Positions 1 through 13,247 of a stretch of DNA of 64,000 nucleotides are shown here, one piece after another. The position numbers were made by a program, and so were the translations under genes. This DNA is from Octopus vulgaris (Eukaryota), in contig OX597818.1 of the NCBI GenBank assembly GCA_951406725.2, forward strand, positions 21,390,001-21,454,000. Direction: 5' to 3'. The notes under the pieces are model-generated. The model saw nothing but the letters and a program-made list of their open reading frames with translations. It searched no databases and was not told where the DNA came from. Each line of letters begins with the position of its first letter. Positions within the stretch are counted from its first letter, which is position 1.

Positions 1-340
1 AAGAAATTGAAAGGAACCCAGCTGTTCATATACTGAACAGTCATTTCCCAGAAGACACCAATCCTTTCTTTCCTACTTACTGAAACCTTTCCTTGCTAAG
101 TTTGTCTTAAGGTTTCTTGATCCCTAGGCCTAGCTTCCATGCCTGGAATTTCCTGATTCCACTATAGATTGAGAACTAGATTATCAGCATATAGGAGTTC
201 CCATAGACAGCCTCAAAGTCCTGTTATGGCCCAGGACTATGATGAATAGAAGACTGAGCTTTAAACTACTTCCATGCTAAATTTATCACTGAAATCGACT
301 TACTGCATCTTTGTATGTAGCTTATAGAAGTACAGGTGGA
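1..340 (-). mobile_element. Degenerate RTE-clade LINE reverse transcriptase fragment
   Basis: Minus-strand translation across frameshifts gives LSLLFIIVL...GCLWELLYADNLVL...KFQAWKLGL, the degenerate YADD region typical of RTE RTs. Boundaries are approximate. Confidence 0.65.
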
Positions 341-367
341 AACAGTAAAGCTGTTTCTTTGATTTAA

Positions 368-1829
368 CCCTTTCGTTACTATATTTCTGACCAAAATACA
401 CCCCTCATGAGTTTCAATTAAATTCTAAAATAATCATGAATTTAGGCTTGTTTCATTAAATAACTGTAACTTTTTTACTTATCAACATTTTAATGTGATA
501 TTTGGAACATAATTAAAGGAAGGGTTCTTAATCAATTCTATTGCATAACTTTTGACTCAAAGTGACTTTAATTACAGGTAAATCCAGGTAAATTGAGCAA
601 AAGGTAAAAATATTAAAATTTTAAATTGAGCAAAAGGTAAAAATAAAAATTTTGTTTAAACATCACTATAGAAAATGAATCCTCAGCTAATATTCAAATG
701 GGTATGCAACAAAATTTTGATAAAGAAGAATTGTGCACATCAGTTGAATGTAATGCACAACAGGTGTACCATAAAGGTGGAATAAACTGAAATATTGGAA
801 TCCACCGTAAGTTTGACCGAACTAAAGAAATCGGTCAAAAAATAATATACGGCCCTGGTTATGGTATGGAAGTGATAAATTCCAGACCACATCGTTCCCT
901 AGGCCATGCTGACTAATATTATTTTCCCTGTATAAAAACTAAATCCACGCAGTACCCAGTAATTTGCTTCACAAATTTCCCAAACTTTGAACCCCGATTT
1001 TGGGTTTGTTTACAATCTGCATAAGTGCGTTTCCACATTGATCGCTTCAAACAATAACTTCCAGACCACATCGTACCCTAAGCCATGCTGACTAACATTA
1101 GTTTCCCTGTATAAAAACTAAATCCACAACAGTACCCAGTAATTTGCTTCACAAATTTCCCAAACTTTGAACCCCGATTTTGGGTTTGTTTACAATCTGC
1201 GTAAGTTTGTTTCCACATTGATCGCTTCAAACTAGCATACTGAAAAAAATAAAAGTCTAATGGTTTCACTTCCTAAGAAAGGCTATAGATAAACTTTATC
1301 TCCTCAGAAAAATTGCTAATAAAAACATTTAAAAAGTTTTTTTACTTCATTCCGATGTAAAATCGACTTCGCTGTCGCCTTCGCCGCTTTGTTTCTTCGG
1401 AAGGCGCTGCTTTCATTTTCGGATAAAAAAATATTCATTATTTTGTACACCACGTGCTTTAGTACCTATTTCATTCTTTTTCTCGATATCTCCCTATTTT
1501 CCGTTGACAAAGCTTTAAATTCGGAATCAATGCTTGATAACATGAAACTCCTATCCATTTTCAAAGTTGATGAAAAATCGATGCCGTAAAACATGTGGAA
1601 AAAAATCTCCCAAAATTCACTGAGTTGAGATATCACTTCAAGCAATGTCGGATACTATAACTTAACTATTTACAATGTGAAATCACATGCTTTAACGAAT
1701 GTACCAACGAGATTTGGGTTCAAATTTACATTTAAATAACAATGGGTTCTAACGGCCGGGTATGGCCGGGTTGGTACTTTGAACCAAAAAATTGTTCGGC
1801 CGGCTACGGCCGGGTTAGTAACGAAAGGG
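368..1829 (-). mobile_element. piggyBac non-autonomous deletion derivative (1.46 kb) with transposase remnants
   Basis: TTAA at 364-367 and 1830-1833 flank TIRs CCCTTTCGTTAC...GTAACGAAAGGG. Minus-strand frameshifted remnants KPLDF...YADCKQ, TGYCCGFSFYTGK and LSLPYHNQGRILFFDRF resemble the PGBD DDD core. There is an internal ~180-bp tandem duplication (881-1051 vs 1060-1231). Confidence 0.92.
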
Positions 1830-3302
1830 TTAAGAAAATATATTTAGATAAAAAATTTTTTTACCTTTCCTTGTAAAGTAAATCATTCCAAACAGATGGT
1901 GTTTTGTCATGGGGGAAAAAGTCTGCATGGCAAATAGTCAAAATATGGGATTAGCTTGTTTGATACCAATACACACCAACCTCTGGTTCCATGTTACAGA
2001 CACGTTTTAAATGTTAGTATCGAAAGGGTTAAAAACAATTTTCTGGAAGAATATTGTGTTCCAAATACGAAAAAATTTTTGATTTTCCAAATTAAAACAA
2101 GTGTATTTCGATTAAATGTGGTATCAGAAGTTAAAAAAATCCAGATAGAACAACTTTTTTATCATTGGACTGGCTATGCTGGGCTATTTGTTTATGGTCT
2201 AGTTGCTCAAATTGACCTTAATACTTAGAAATCTGGAATTTGTTCTAGCTCTTATTGCTGAACTACTAAGTTAGGATTATATCAATAAACCAAGCTAGTT
2301 AACAAGCTATGAGGGGGACACGTATGTGTACATTAATATCTTCTGGTTTCTGAAGTTTCCATCTATTAAATTCACTGGAACTATAGAAAACACTTGCCCA
2401 AAAGTTCACATAGTGTGATTTGAATCTGAAAACATGTTGCAAAGCAAGTGTCTGAATTATACACCTCAATAATTTTGAAGTAATATCCCTGATAGGAATA
2501 TCTCTCTTCATCATGAGCATAGCTGTTGCTATCTTTAAAATGAATAATTTGGTGAGGTATTTACTGTACAACTTTGAATTGAGATATTTTCAATAACTGA
2601 ATATAAATGAAATTTCAGTTGTGCTTGTCATTGATGTTACTCCATTTTTTTTTTTTCTTGAATTGTTACAAATTATTTTGGAAACTATTCAACACCTGTA
2701 ACTATCAAGAACTAAAGGTGGTGGTTCAAATATAGAATCTATTGAATTATAAAAGAAACTTTTGAGAACTTTTGCTGCAAAGCATCTTTTCTTTGGTTTT
2801 GACAATTTCATGAACTGCATTAATCAAGACAAAATCATGGCGATGGTAGACATTGGTAATACCATTGCAAAAATTGCTATAAGGAAATATATCTCAGAAA
2901 AATACATTGTTGAAAAGCAGTAAATTGAAATAAAGATATTGTACATGCATTCATATGAATTGATAATTTTTTTAATTTTCACATGCTGAGCAAAAACAAA
3001 GTGCCCAAATTTTGATATTGTTTAGAAAGTCCTGAGTTAGACTGAAAAGTGGGGAAAAGAGAATAGATGAAGCAACTAAGAAAAATTTTGAAATCCTGTC
3101 ATTTTTATTGGAATATTTAGATTTTCCAGCAAATCTAAAATGTTTTCCAAGTTAATTTGTATTTTTACTAGATCTCACCGAATTGATTATGAAGGCAACT
3201 GCTACATGCTTCCTAATCAATATAGGGGTTTTTTGTAACTTTTTCTGTTAATCTTTAGAGGTTTTACTTGCAGGCCTTTTGAATACTCTTTAAGTGTCTT
3301 AA

Positions 3303-3523
3303 CCCTTTAGTGTTTAAACTGGCCAAATCCGGCCCAATATATTCTACATATTTTATATTCAAACTGGCCATATCTAGCCTCTCACACCTAACCTACATTG
3401 ACATTCTAAAAATAAATAATCACATCATTGAAACCTCAAAGCTCTAAGATAATGCATGATTAATTCAAAACAATTTAAATAAAAAAGCATTACATTTAAC
3501 GGAGTAATCTGAACACTAAAGGG
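3303..3523. mobile_element. piggyBac-type MITE (family B, 221 bp)
   Basis: TTAA TSD at 3299-3302 and 3524-3527, TIR CCCTTTAGTGTT...AACACTAAAGGG. Homologous copies lie at 27164 and 30903. Confidence 0.9.
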
Positions 3524-4364
3524 TTAATCTGCATCAAACTATTTGTTATGGCAGTTACAACTGGAACTGCTGACAATTTTGCTCATCTGTTAAAGACAGG
3601 ATTGTAATTATTGGATCTGTTGCTATTAAATTCTCAAATATGAATTTTATACTGTTATGTAGTTTTGCTTTAATTGGTGGTCGGTTAATTTATTGACGTG
3701 ACAGTAAATTTTCCATAGCATGATCTATGTCAAATGGAATTAGCTGAGATTTTAATATTTCATTGTTGATTCCATTTTTCATAAATATACTTTCAAATAG
3801 ATATTTGGGAAAGTTATGCCATATGTGAAATTTTCTTTCAACTATTTTTTCATCCTGGTTTTTAACTGATGCAGTTCATTTTGTGCTGTTGAATTACAGT
3901 TAATATTATTTTGCAGGCTTCCTGTTATCAGCTTATTTTTCTGATTATTTTATTTATACCTAAATAACATTCTGTAAAGAATGTGAGATGTTGAAGATTG
4001 TATGGTAGAACTTTTGTAATACTTGAAATCGTTTTGGTTGGTCATGGAGGTACTATCAAATGGAAGGAAAAATCTGCATTTTATTTTTTCATAGTTGAAC
4101 AGTTGTTCTCGACCATGACTTGGTGTGATGATAATATAGGTAACTGAAATAATTGTACTTTCCAATAATACAATATTAAATTGAAGCCAAAATGATTGCT
4201 AACTATAGTGGAAATTTGTTTGCCTGGTTGTGTAAAGTTATGAATTAGATGTGGTGTTGGGAATTAGCTCATTATGTTCAAGTAGGTTCAGAACCATGAG
4301 ATAAAATAGCTTTAAACCTATTAATAATAATAATAATTTTACATTTGAAAAATTGCTCTTTCAG

Positions 4365-4424
4365 ATAAAGCAGATGGCGATAAAGCTAAAACTGAAGAGG
4401 AAGATGAAAACACTTTGAATTTGA
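4365..4424 (+). CDS. RRM protein exon (DKADGDKAKTEEEDENTLNL)
   Basis: tttcag acceptor, gtgagt donor, phase 1 to 1, in frame with the next exon. Confidence 0.75.
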
Positions 4425-4509
4425 GTGAGTAAGGTTTTTGTTTTTTAATACCATTTATGTTTAATGGATGTAATCAACTTTTAATGTGAACTTTTCATTC
4501 CATTTTTAG

Positions 4510-4654
4510 GAAGACCATATCCTAATATGTTCACCATATCCCGGTTGCAGTTAGAAGATATAAAAATTGCAGTGTCTGAGCTATCACAATTTTGGGATGA
4601 TACTACATGTTTGACTATCCGTTACATAAAAGAAGAATCTGGAAATCGGAAAGG
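4510..4654 (+). CDS. RRM protein exon (RRPYPNMFTISRLQ...ESGNRKG), first half of divergent RRM-a
   Basis: ttttag acceptor, gtatgt donor, open frame. Confidence 0.85.
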
Positions 4655-5721
4655 GTATGTGTATATGGTATTGGTAATGTGATGTCTATTAATTTCAACG
4701 TAACAGGATTGACAAATGAGCAGAAGTATTAGCTCCATAATGACTTGTTAGAGCCATATTTGCAAAATTAACTCCAGTTAATTAGAGCCAACTGCTCAAA
4801 AAAAAAAAAAACCTGCAAGCCAGGTGTATGTAGTATAGACAACTGGCTGTGAATACTTTTCTTCATTGCTAAAGAATATACCACTCAACATAAAGTGGTC
4901 AGGATTTTAAGAGCTAGATGGCCTGAGATACTACCTGAGCAGTTGGTGTCCAGAAAGATTATAGGTATGTTGCAAGAGAATAGTTACTAAATTTTAAGCA
5001 GTGTTTGGAGACAGGAACAAGTCAACATAGCAATTGTTGAAGAAACTAAAAATCTGTTGAGACAGGGATCAGTAATTAGAGCTTTGAGCTCTTTTATCTA
5101 AGACAACGATTGGCTGGTCATCATGCTTATTTAGGAGACTTCCATTGATATGAGTGCTGGACATGTGGTAAAAAAGGTTGGTTGGATCTATGGGAAATTT
5201 GTCAAGCAATTCTGATATGTCAACACAATACAGGAGGATGTGCTCTGTTGCAGGTCTTGCCAGAAGTTAGCACTATGTATAATGGGTAAATTGGTAGTAT
5301 TGTATTGGTAGATATAAAAATATTAGCTGTTAAATGTGTGTATAAAGTAGGTGATACTAAAGATTTGAAGTATAGCTTTTAAAGACTGGACTGAACATGT
5401 TTATTTAAGAAAGTTATTTTGAAGATGGAATTTTGTCATTTTAATTTTGTGTTTTCTTATGTTGGCATGGCTTCAACAGGCATACTTTTGTGTGTGGTTC
5501 TTATACTGGATGTTCTTCCTACTCAACCATTTTACAGGAACGAATGGGTTAATTAGTGGTTTAAACTAGATAATTAGACCTGCATTTCTGAATTCAAATT
5601 TTACCATCAACTTTACGGAGTTATTAAATTAGGGCATTAGTCAAGTATTTGGCTGAAATAATTGATTTTTGCCCACAATATTTATGGATGATGCTTAAAT
5701 AAGAGATCCTTATCTTTGTAG

Positions 5722-5828
5722 ATTTATGCGAATGAAATTTGCTTCTGAAGCTGAAGCAGAAGCTGTGTTTAATAAACTGCCCAAAGAGATAAATGGTAAA
5801 CCATTTGTACGGGATCCAGCTGAAGAAG
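5722..5828 (+). CDS. RRM protein exon (FMRMKFASEAEAEAVFNKLPKEINGKPFVRDPAEE), second half of RRM-a
   Basis: ttgtag acceptor, gtaatt donor. RNP1-like strand, helix 2 and the INGK motif are present. Confidence 0.88.
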
Positions 5829-6040
5829 GTAATTTTTCTTTCGTTTGAAATGAAAGATGACTTTTAAATTTTGTTCTTGTGAGAATTTTCAAACCTTTGT
5901 TTTGCTTTTGTAGTTACATTACATCAATACTGGGTTGATAATGTATTGCTACTTGTAATCAAACAACTAGAAGTGGAAAGGTTTAGACTGTTGCTAGGAT
6001 TTTTGTATTTCTGAAATGTATGTGTGTATATCTTTCTTAG

Positions 6041-6070
6041 GTAAAGCTGGAAAAGATGGTGAAAGAAGAG
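6041..6070 (+). CDS. RRM protein 30-nt linker microexon (GKAGKDGERR)
   Basis: tctttcttag acceptor, gtaggt donor, symmetric phase 1, purine-rich. Confidence 0.72.
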
Positions 6071-7361
6071 GTAGGTGTTTGATAGTTTATAAAATCTGAG
6101 TATGTTTACTTTTGTAGCATTCAGAGATCTGTATTTAGTTTAACTGTATGATACTTTAATGTGAGCTCTATCTTCAGGGGTTTTGGTCATTTCTGTGGCT
6201 TTAGCTAAGTCAAATCTAGTGTCATTCTAGAATTAGTGTAGCTAGTAGGTTGCAAAAATGAGTATGATTACTGGAAACTAAACCTGGTATACAGAAATGA
6301 AATGGAATTACAAAGTTATGGACTAGAAATAGAAAAAAACATTAATCTTAGTAATTGCTTATTTCTGGAATGGTGTTCCTTAAAGAAGACTGGATACTTT
6401 GGGAGAGAGGGTTGTTATTAAAGTGTAAATCAGTTGTGTGAAATTCAAGTACTATAGTCTTGGATTGATTATTTTTGAGTTTAGATTTTATTTAGCTTTA
6501 TTGTTACTAAAATAACTAGAACATAGGAGGGAATTTGGTTTTACTCTTAGTTTTGATGCTGGCATTATTTTAATCATTTTATCTTACAGCTATTTAAAAT
6601 AGTCAACCTGTTTAAATGAAGCCAAATGATTTGGCTAATTATGAAGTTGATTTTACTTTTAAAAATTTCAAGATTCAAACTTTGTTTTAAAATCGAATCT
6701 TCATTGCATCCCCAGATTAATTTGAAATTTTTTTTGTAATTTTTACATTTTTTCCTTATAAATATTATTTGCATTTTTTTTTGTGTGGTCATTTTTTGAT
6801 GTTTTAAAACATTGATGGTATCTTTTAACCTAAACAAAAACTGGAAATTAAAAAAAAGAAAAAAAAAACTATAGTTTAAATAAAATAAACTTTTAAAGTT
6901 TATTCATTACAATTAAGGATTTAGACAATTTTATTAAAATATTTTAAACTTAAATATAGAACTGGTTTTAAATTAAATCATTTCTATTTTCTTAGCTTGT
7001 GTAAAATATAAAATTGAAAGCTTTTATGCATATTTAGGTATTTAGAAATTTTTTTATTCAAGCATTTATATTTTGCATTTCATTTTAGTAAATGCATTTT
7101 AAGTACTATTAAATATTTGGTTTTAGTACAGAAGAATAAGGAGTAATCTGTTTGACAGCATGGGAAACCATTTTACCTGCTGGCTAAATGATTCCAGTTT
7201 TGTAGCTATTGATACCACTAATAACACTTGATGTCATTTGAAGAAGCTATTTTTTGTGACTTCTATGATTAAACTTGTTACAAATCTTGCCTGTTTTTGT
7301 TAATGCATCCTCATTGATCTGTTAAGACTGTCTCCCAATCGTAAGCACCTGACAATTTCAG

Positions 7362-7491
7362 GGAACAAGGAAGATTATTCCCTTTATGTCAACAACATTC
7401 CACAAGGAGTCACAGTCGAGGAGCTTCAGGCATTATTCCCGTCAGCCCGGAATGTGGTGATCCCACTTAATGAGGAAGATCAGAATCAGGG
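7362..7491 (+). CDS. RRM protein exon (GNKEDYSLYVNNIPQGVTVEELQALFPSARNVVIPLNEEDQNQG), RRM-b RNP2
   Basis: tttcag acceptor, gtaatt donor, canonical RNP2 LYVNNI. Confidence 0.92.
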
Positions 7492-9416
7492 GTAATTTGT
7501 CAACCTTGTGCATTTACTTTTCTTCATTGGTACAGTTTTCCATTTACTGATGCCAATTATTCTGCTGTGATATTTTTGTGACTTTTGTCACTTAACTAAA
7601 GTTGTTTTCTTATTGCACATCTTTTAAGGATTTATATTTGTCAGGATCTTTTATTGATCCTTGCACCATTTTTCTGAATGGCACTATAAAAATTTCTGGA
7701 GGGAAAATCAAAAACACATACCTGCATACTCAAAAACACATCTCAAATTTTGCTTCAAGTTGAACCCTTTATTTTTTCCTGTGTATTTTTGTATTTTAGT
7801 GCATATTTTTAATGTTTCATTGATTTGGATAAAAAAAGAAAAAGCAAATTTGTATACTGAAAACTAGATTCATATTAGGGTTTTTTGTTTTTTTGTTAAA
7901 CTTTTTTGCCCCCATAGTTTCTTAAATTGTTCACATAATTTATTCTATTAAAATTGTATTTGATAGGAATCTATTTAGATATCAACTAATCTGTGGGGAG
8001 TGTTATATTTCCTAAGTGACAAAGAAGGAAAAAAAACTTAAAAGAATGTATGACAATCCTAATTAAAATTTTTCTGGAAGCTGAGTAAATTTTAAAACTA
8101 ATTTAAATGTTGATGGGTTAATTATATTAAATTTACATAATATATGCCATTAAATAGAAATCTTTAAAGAAAATGATTTTCTAAACTACTCAAACTTGGA
8201 AATTGTGTAATCAATAGATGAAATAGAGACTTCATAGATTTATTTCTATCCTTTCTTTAATGTACTTAGCTTTGTTGCTTCCCACTGCTGCCTTGTTTTT
8301 TCCTGTTCAGTATTTAGGGCATGTATCATTTAAGCAAGTTTCCTGCTTAGTAGTTATGGGTGAAGTAAAACACTTCACCTGTTAATGTCATACACTTAGA
8401 TTTGCACAAAAATCCATTTTAACATCCTAATGGTTTTGCTTTGTATTGCCTTAGAAATTTCTCAAAGCATAGTGTTCTATACATATATATTTTCAATAGA
8501 AATAGGTAAATATATTTTTTAAATTCATTTAGTTTAGCTTTTTAAAAACATACAGCATAGTTTTTCTTGTGAGATAAATATAAATTAAACTGAATCAAGA
8601 AATTTTAAACTCCCTCTATATCTAAAATTTAGGTCTTCTGAATTTTAGTTTGATATTGTGTTGTTATTTCAAGTCGGCTTTTATGCACTCATTTGACTTG
8701 CCAGAAAAAGACTGTTGCTCTTTTTGAAAAAGCACCTTTTTCAGTGGATTTAGATTTTAAGTTGTTTCTCTAAATTGAAACAAAGGTAGTGTTTTCCAAC
8801 AAACATGTTAAAAGAATTAACATACAAATGTAAAAAATGAAGAAACAAATTTAAAGAGAAAGAATGTCTAATCTTGTTAGAATCAATCTTACAATATAGG
8901 CTTTTTGTATTTTTATCTTTTAGCAACTTCATTCAGTTTAATGAATCTAGTGCCTTAGCTAAAATTATTGCTGTTTTAAGTAGAAATGATTGTGGCAGGT
9001 TGTTTTTAATGCAAATTCATCAGCCTGGGTATTAGTGTATTTAAACTTTAAATCCTTGTAATACATTAGGTAAGGCATTCTACTTATGCCCCTCCATCTT
9101 CTAGAAAAACAATTGTCATTTCTATGTAAATCTGAGTATCGGTATGAATTCTGTCCAAATTATTTTACAGTTGCAAGCCATTCAACCATGAAATGTTCTG
9201 CCATTTATTTACAGCTGCTTTAATTATATTGTTACTATTCACGTTGCTAGTCCAGTGTCTGAACTTTCTTTACAATTTTCCCCATTAACAACTAAAGAAT
9301 AGTCGTCTAATTTTGTTGCTTATATTAACCAAACTTCTCTAAAGTTCTTTTTTTTTTTTTCTGTTTATTAATTTGGAATTATTTTCTTTTCCCACCCCTG
9401 TTTTTTATCTATTTAG

Positions 9417-9538
9417 TTATGCCATGGTGGAGTGTCGTAATCGACAAGATGCTGAAAATATCATTGCTGAGAATAAAGATCTGCAAATTAAAGACAATAC
9501 ATTAACTTTTGATCTAATTTCTCATGCATCTAAAGAAG
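9417..9538 (+). CDS. RRM protein exon (YAMVECRNRQDAENIIAENKDLQIKDNTLTFDLISHASKE), RRM-b RNP1
   Basis: Polypyrimidine tract plus tttag, gtaagc donor. Overlaps ORF 9373..9594. Confidence 0.92.
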
Positions 9539-10010
9539 GTAAGCATTTTAATTATTGCAAGAAGATATGTTTTAGGCAGTATCTACATTGCTGACAATGA
9601 ACTTTAAATTTTTTGGCTCAGTCATTTGTAGTATTAAAATCCAAAATTTATACAGTTCATTCATGATTAATGTACAAATGATATCTCTAAAGAGGTATTA
9701 GAAGTGGTAGCAAGCAAATCTCCTGTAGAATTGGGGTTGTATGGAAGCCATAATTAATTTTGCAGGATCAGAGATGATCTTGTGGCGGTATTAGGCATAA
9801 CTTAGCAAGTTGCCAAAGATAGGAATCAATCCTTATAGAAAGATTATTTTTGGCTGAGGTGTATGCATTGTATTGGGAAGACATTGTTCATAGTGACTCA
9901 TTTGTTTGGTGGGGTTGTTCATAGATTTGAAAGCAAAGTGATGCTGAAAATGTTGAGACTTCAATATGGTTTTAAAACTTGGAAATTGAACAAATTTTTT
10001 CTCTTAACAG

Positions 10011-10097
10011 GTGATAAGAAATCTAAATACCAGAACAATCAACAGAAAGGTCGTTATGCCAATTTTTCACACCGGCGTAAGAATCAGTCTAAAAAAG
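10011..10097 (+). CDS. RRM protein exon (GDKKSKYQNNQQKGRYANFSHRRKNQSKK)
   Basis: ttaacag acceptor, gtatgt donor, phase 1 to 1. Confidence 0.85.
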
Positions 10098-10127
10098 GTA
10101 TGTTGTAACAATACTTTAATATATTTT

Positions 10128-10350
10128 AATATTTCTTTATTTCCCACTGGGGCTAAACATAGAGGGAACAAAGGACAGACAAAAGGATTAAGTCAATTAC
10201 ATTAACCTGCAGTGCGTAACTGGTACTTAATCAACCCCAAAAGGAATGGCAAAGTCGACCTTGGCGGAATTTGAGCTCAAAACAAAACCAGACGAAATAC
10301 TGCTAAGCATTTGGCTCAGTGTACTAATGATTCTGCCATCTAGATGCCTT
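10128..10350 (-). mobile_element. tRNA-derived SINE (same family as 33799)
   Basis: Reverse complement matches the body and tail of the 33799-34031 element. Confidence 0.8.
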
Positions 10351-10377
10351 AATATTTTAATATTACCTTAACTTTAA

Positions 10378-11428
10378 CCCTTTCGTTACTATATTTCTGA
10401 CCAAAATACACCCCCTTATGTGTTTCAATTAATTTCTAACGTAATCATAAATTTAGTCTGGTTTCATTAAACAACTATAACTTTTTTATTTATCAATATA
10501 TTAATCTGATTTTTGGAAGATAATTTAATGAAATATTCTCAACCAATTCTATACTATAATTTTTGTCACAAAGTGACTCTAATTGCAGGTAGATACAGGT
10601 AAATTCAACAAAATATAAAATTATTAAAATTTTGTTCAAACATCGCTATAGAAAATGGGTTATTAGCTAATATTCAATTGGGTATACAACAAAATTTTAG
10701 GATAGAATTTGTTATTCTGGCTAACTTTCTGATACCCATAATAATATTTATGGCAAAATAGTCTTAATTTCATATAAGGTTGTAGGAAACCACAAACTAT
10801 CCTTTTTTTCGCTTTGTTTACATTCAGCGTAACGGTTCATTTCCGATATTCAAAAAGGCTCATTCGAAAAAGTAAATAGAAATAGTCTAAGGCTTTACTC
10901 TCCTGGGAAAGTCTGTGGCTTGGTCCAGTTTCTTCAGAAAAATCACCGAAAGAAACAGTTTTTAAATTTTCACTCCATTCAGGTGCCAATTCATTTTCTT
11001 TATCGCTGTCGGAGATCTCGGATTCACTGTTTTCACTTTCGGAAAATGAAACATCAGATTCATTATCAAATACCACGTGCTTTTTTTTTCAGTTATAGAG
11101 TTAGATTTATGAAGGTCTTCAGTAGAAAATCCTTCGAATTCTGACTCGCTGCTTGATATGAAATTCGTATCCATTTTTTGTCAGAATTACAAATTTTGAA
11201 AACACAATAGGAACAAATTTCGGAAAAAAATCTCCCAAAATTCACGGAATTAAAATTACACTTGGATTATTGTACAAAACTGTAGTTGATCTGTTTACGA
11301 AGTATAATACGTGTTTACACGAATGTACTAAAGAGATTTGCTCTGATATTCTCATTTAAATATCAATAGATAAATACGGTTGGTCACATTAACCAAAATT
11401 CTTTTCGGGCGGGTTGGTAACGAAAGGG
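10378..11428 (-). mobile_element. piggyBac deletion derivative (1.05 kb) retaining the transposase N-terminus
   Basis: TTAA at 10374-10377 and 11429-11432 with the same TIR as 368. Minus-strand frameshifted peptide: acidic MDTNFISSSESEFEGF...SDSDKENELAPEW...FSEETGP...ALDYFYLLF...MNRYAECKQSEKKDSLWFPTT (PGBD4-like N-terminus). Confidence 0.93.
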
Positions 11429-12203
11429 TTAATTACTGCTACAGTCATTGTGGCGTTCCTCTTGATAGGATACAGAAAACTCTGTTTACTTAGGCACAAT
11501 ACATATAAGTAGTAGCATTTATTCCAATATGCAAATGTCCACATTAGCCAAACCCTAGACAAATATAATAAACCAAAGCATTTTAGTGATCTAATTTTTT
11601 CAGTAATTACCAATTGGAGATTGGGGTTTGATATCATTGGCTTACCCTATCCCCTGAAATTGCAGGCTTTGTACCAAAATTTGAAACCAATACTATGCCC
11701 TAACCGAGACAGTCATAGGATTTTCAGGTTAAAATCCTGCTCAGTCCAAATAGAGCTTTCTCAATCATCTTTGAAAAGCAGTTAAGATTCCCCAGCTTGC
11801 CAGCTCTGGTCAAACTGTCCAACCCATGTCAGCAAAGATAATGGACGTAGAATGATGACAACCATATAGATTGTGTGTAAATAATTGTAATTAGTCAGTT
11901 TCTCATGACAATGGCAGTTGTAATGTTGATTTGTTTTAAATCTAATGTAAGACCCTGTAGATGGTGAGGTTTTTCCTCATTTCAAAACTTTGTTCTATTC
12001 AAGAGTTGAATGCAGTCTCTTTCTCACCAGTGTAAAATACAATTCCTGTTCTTTTTATTTTTCCTGTAGTAATCATTCAATATTAAAAGCTTATTAAAAT
12101 GTTGATGCTAAATTTCAATGTTTGGGATTCAATAAAATGATAATTTATTAATGTAACTAGTGCATACATAAATGTTCTAATTTTAAAAAATTTACTTTTT
12201 CAG

Positions 12204-12274
12204 GCAAGAGACTGCAGCAGGTGCAACAAAGGCAACAGAGATGGTCTCCTGAGCGCCGACCAGGTAGAAGAGGA
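12204..12274 (+). CDS. RRM protein exon (GKRLQQVQQRQQRWSPERRPGRRG)
   Basis: tttttcag acceptor, gtaagt donor, phase 1 to 0. Confidence 0.87.
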
Positions 12275-12688
12275 GTAAGTGTTTTTTTTTATTTTTCTTA
12301 ACGAATTTGCCATTTTCCACCCTAATTGTAGATCCGTCTTTTATGTATTTGGACATGTTATTTACATACCTAATGATTTGGGTTGTATGGAAATTCACTC
12401 GTCCAGATAATTTGACATTTCTGTTAGTATAATTTCATTCTTTGAAATGAGTTAGAAATTATTCATATGAAATTATTCATATGAAGTTAGGCTGAGAAAG
12501 CGTAACAAAACCTATAAAGTTAGGAAAAATTCCTAAAATACTTCAAACTGTACAAACATAAACCTACAATGTTCTTTGGCTTTGACAATTATTTTTATAG
12601 TTATAATAATTCCAAATTGTTGATTGCATTTAGTTGATATATAGGATTATTTGGTTCATTTTATGACTTTTCTTTGTGATGATTTTAG

Positions 12689-12765
12689 CCTGGACAATTT
12701 ATACAAGGTGGACGCATGGATCGCGGTAACCGAAGACATTTGATCGATGGTGGTAACAACAACTG
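12689..12765 (+). CDS. RRM protein exon (PGQFIQGGRMDRGNRRHLIDGGNNNW)
   Basis: ttttag acceptor, gttagt donor, phase 0 to 2. Confidence 0.85.
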
Positions 12766-12879
12766 GTTAGTATTATAATTTGGACAATTTTGTGAAGTTT
12801 GAACTGTTAAATTGATTCTGTTGCCAAAAAATGAAATTTTTTCTAAGCATATGTATAAAGTTATTTCTTTTATTATTAG

Positions 12880-12957
12880 GACCCAAGGAAGCCAAAATGT
12901 AACTGCAGCACTTTCTCAGACCAGTGAATTATTGAAGGGTCTGACTAGCCTTTTAGG
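12880..12957 (+). CDS. RRM protein exon (TQGSQNVTAALSQTSELLKGLTSLLG)
   Basis: ttattag acceptor, gtgagt donor, phase 2 to 2. Confidence 0.85.
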
Positions 12958-13247
12958 GTGAGTATTACAAAAAGTCTTTTTTCTTTTTTTAAAGATAGTT
13001 CTGTAAATTAGTGCTTAATTAAAACACAGGAAATATTTCCTTATGGAAAAGCATTTTGTAATGTAACAAATTTAACTGTTTGCAACATTAGACTACAAAA
13101 TAGTTATCTTTATCAAAATTGAAATTTATAGGCTAATTAGTTTATAAACAAATCGTAATTTCACTCCTAATTATTTATAATAAAAATGTATATTTGTATA
13201 TGTTAACATTATTCAGTGGTAATTTTCTGATTATAATTTTATTCCAG

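Noticed and set aside
7327-7361. Upstream alternative acceptor for the RRM-b exon
   Set aside because: Using the AG at 7325-7326 introduces an in-frame TGA before the RRM, so 7362 is preferred.
6071-13247. Intronic C/D-box snoRNAs in the nucleolin-like gene
   Set aside because: I found no convincing RTGATGA...CTGA pair with a terminal stem by eye. snoscan or Infernal would be decisive.
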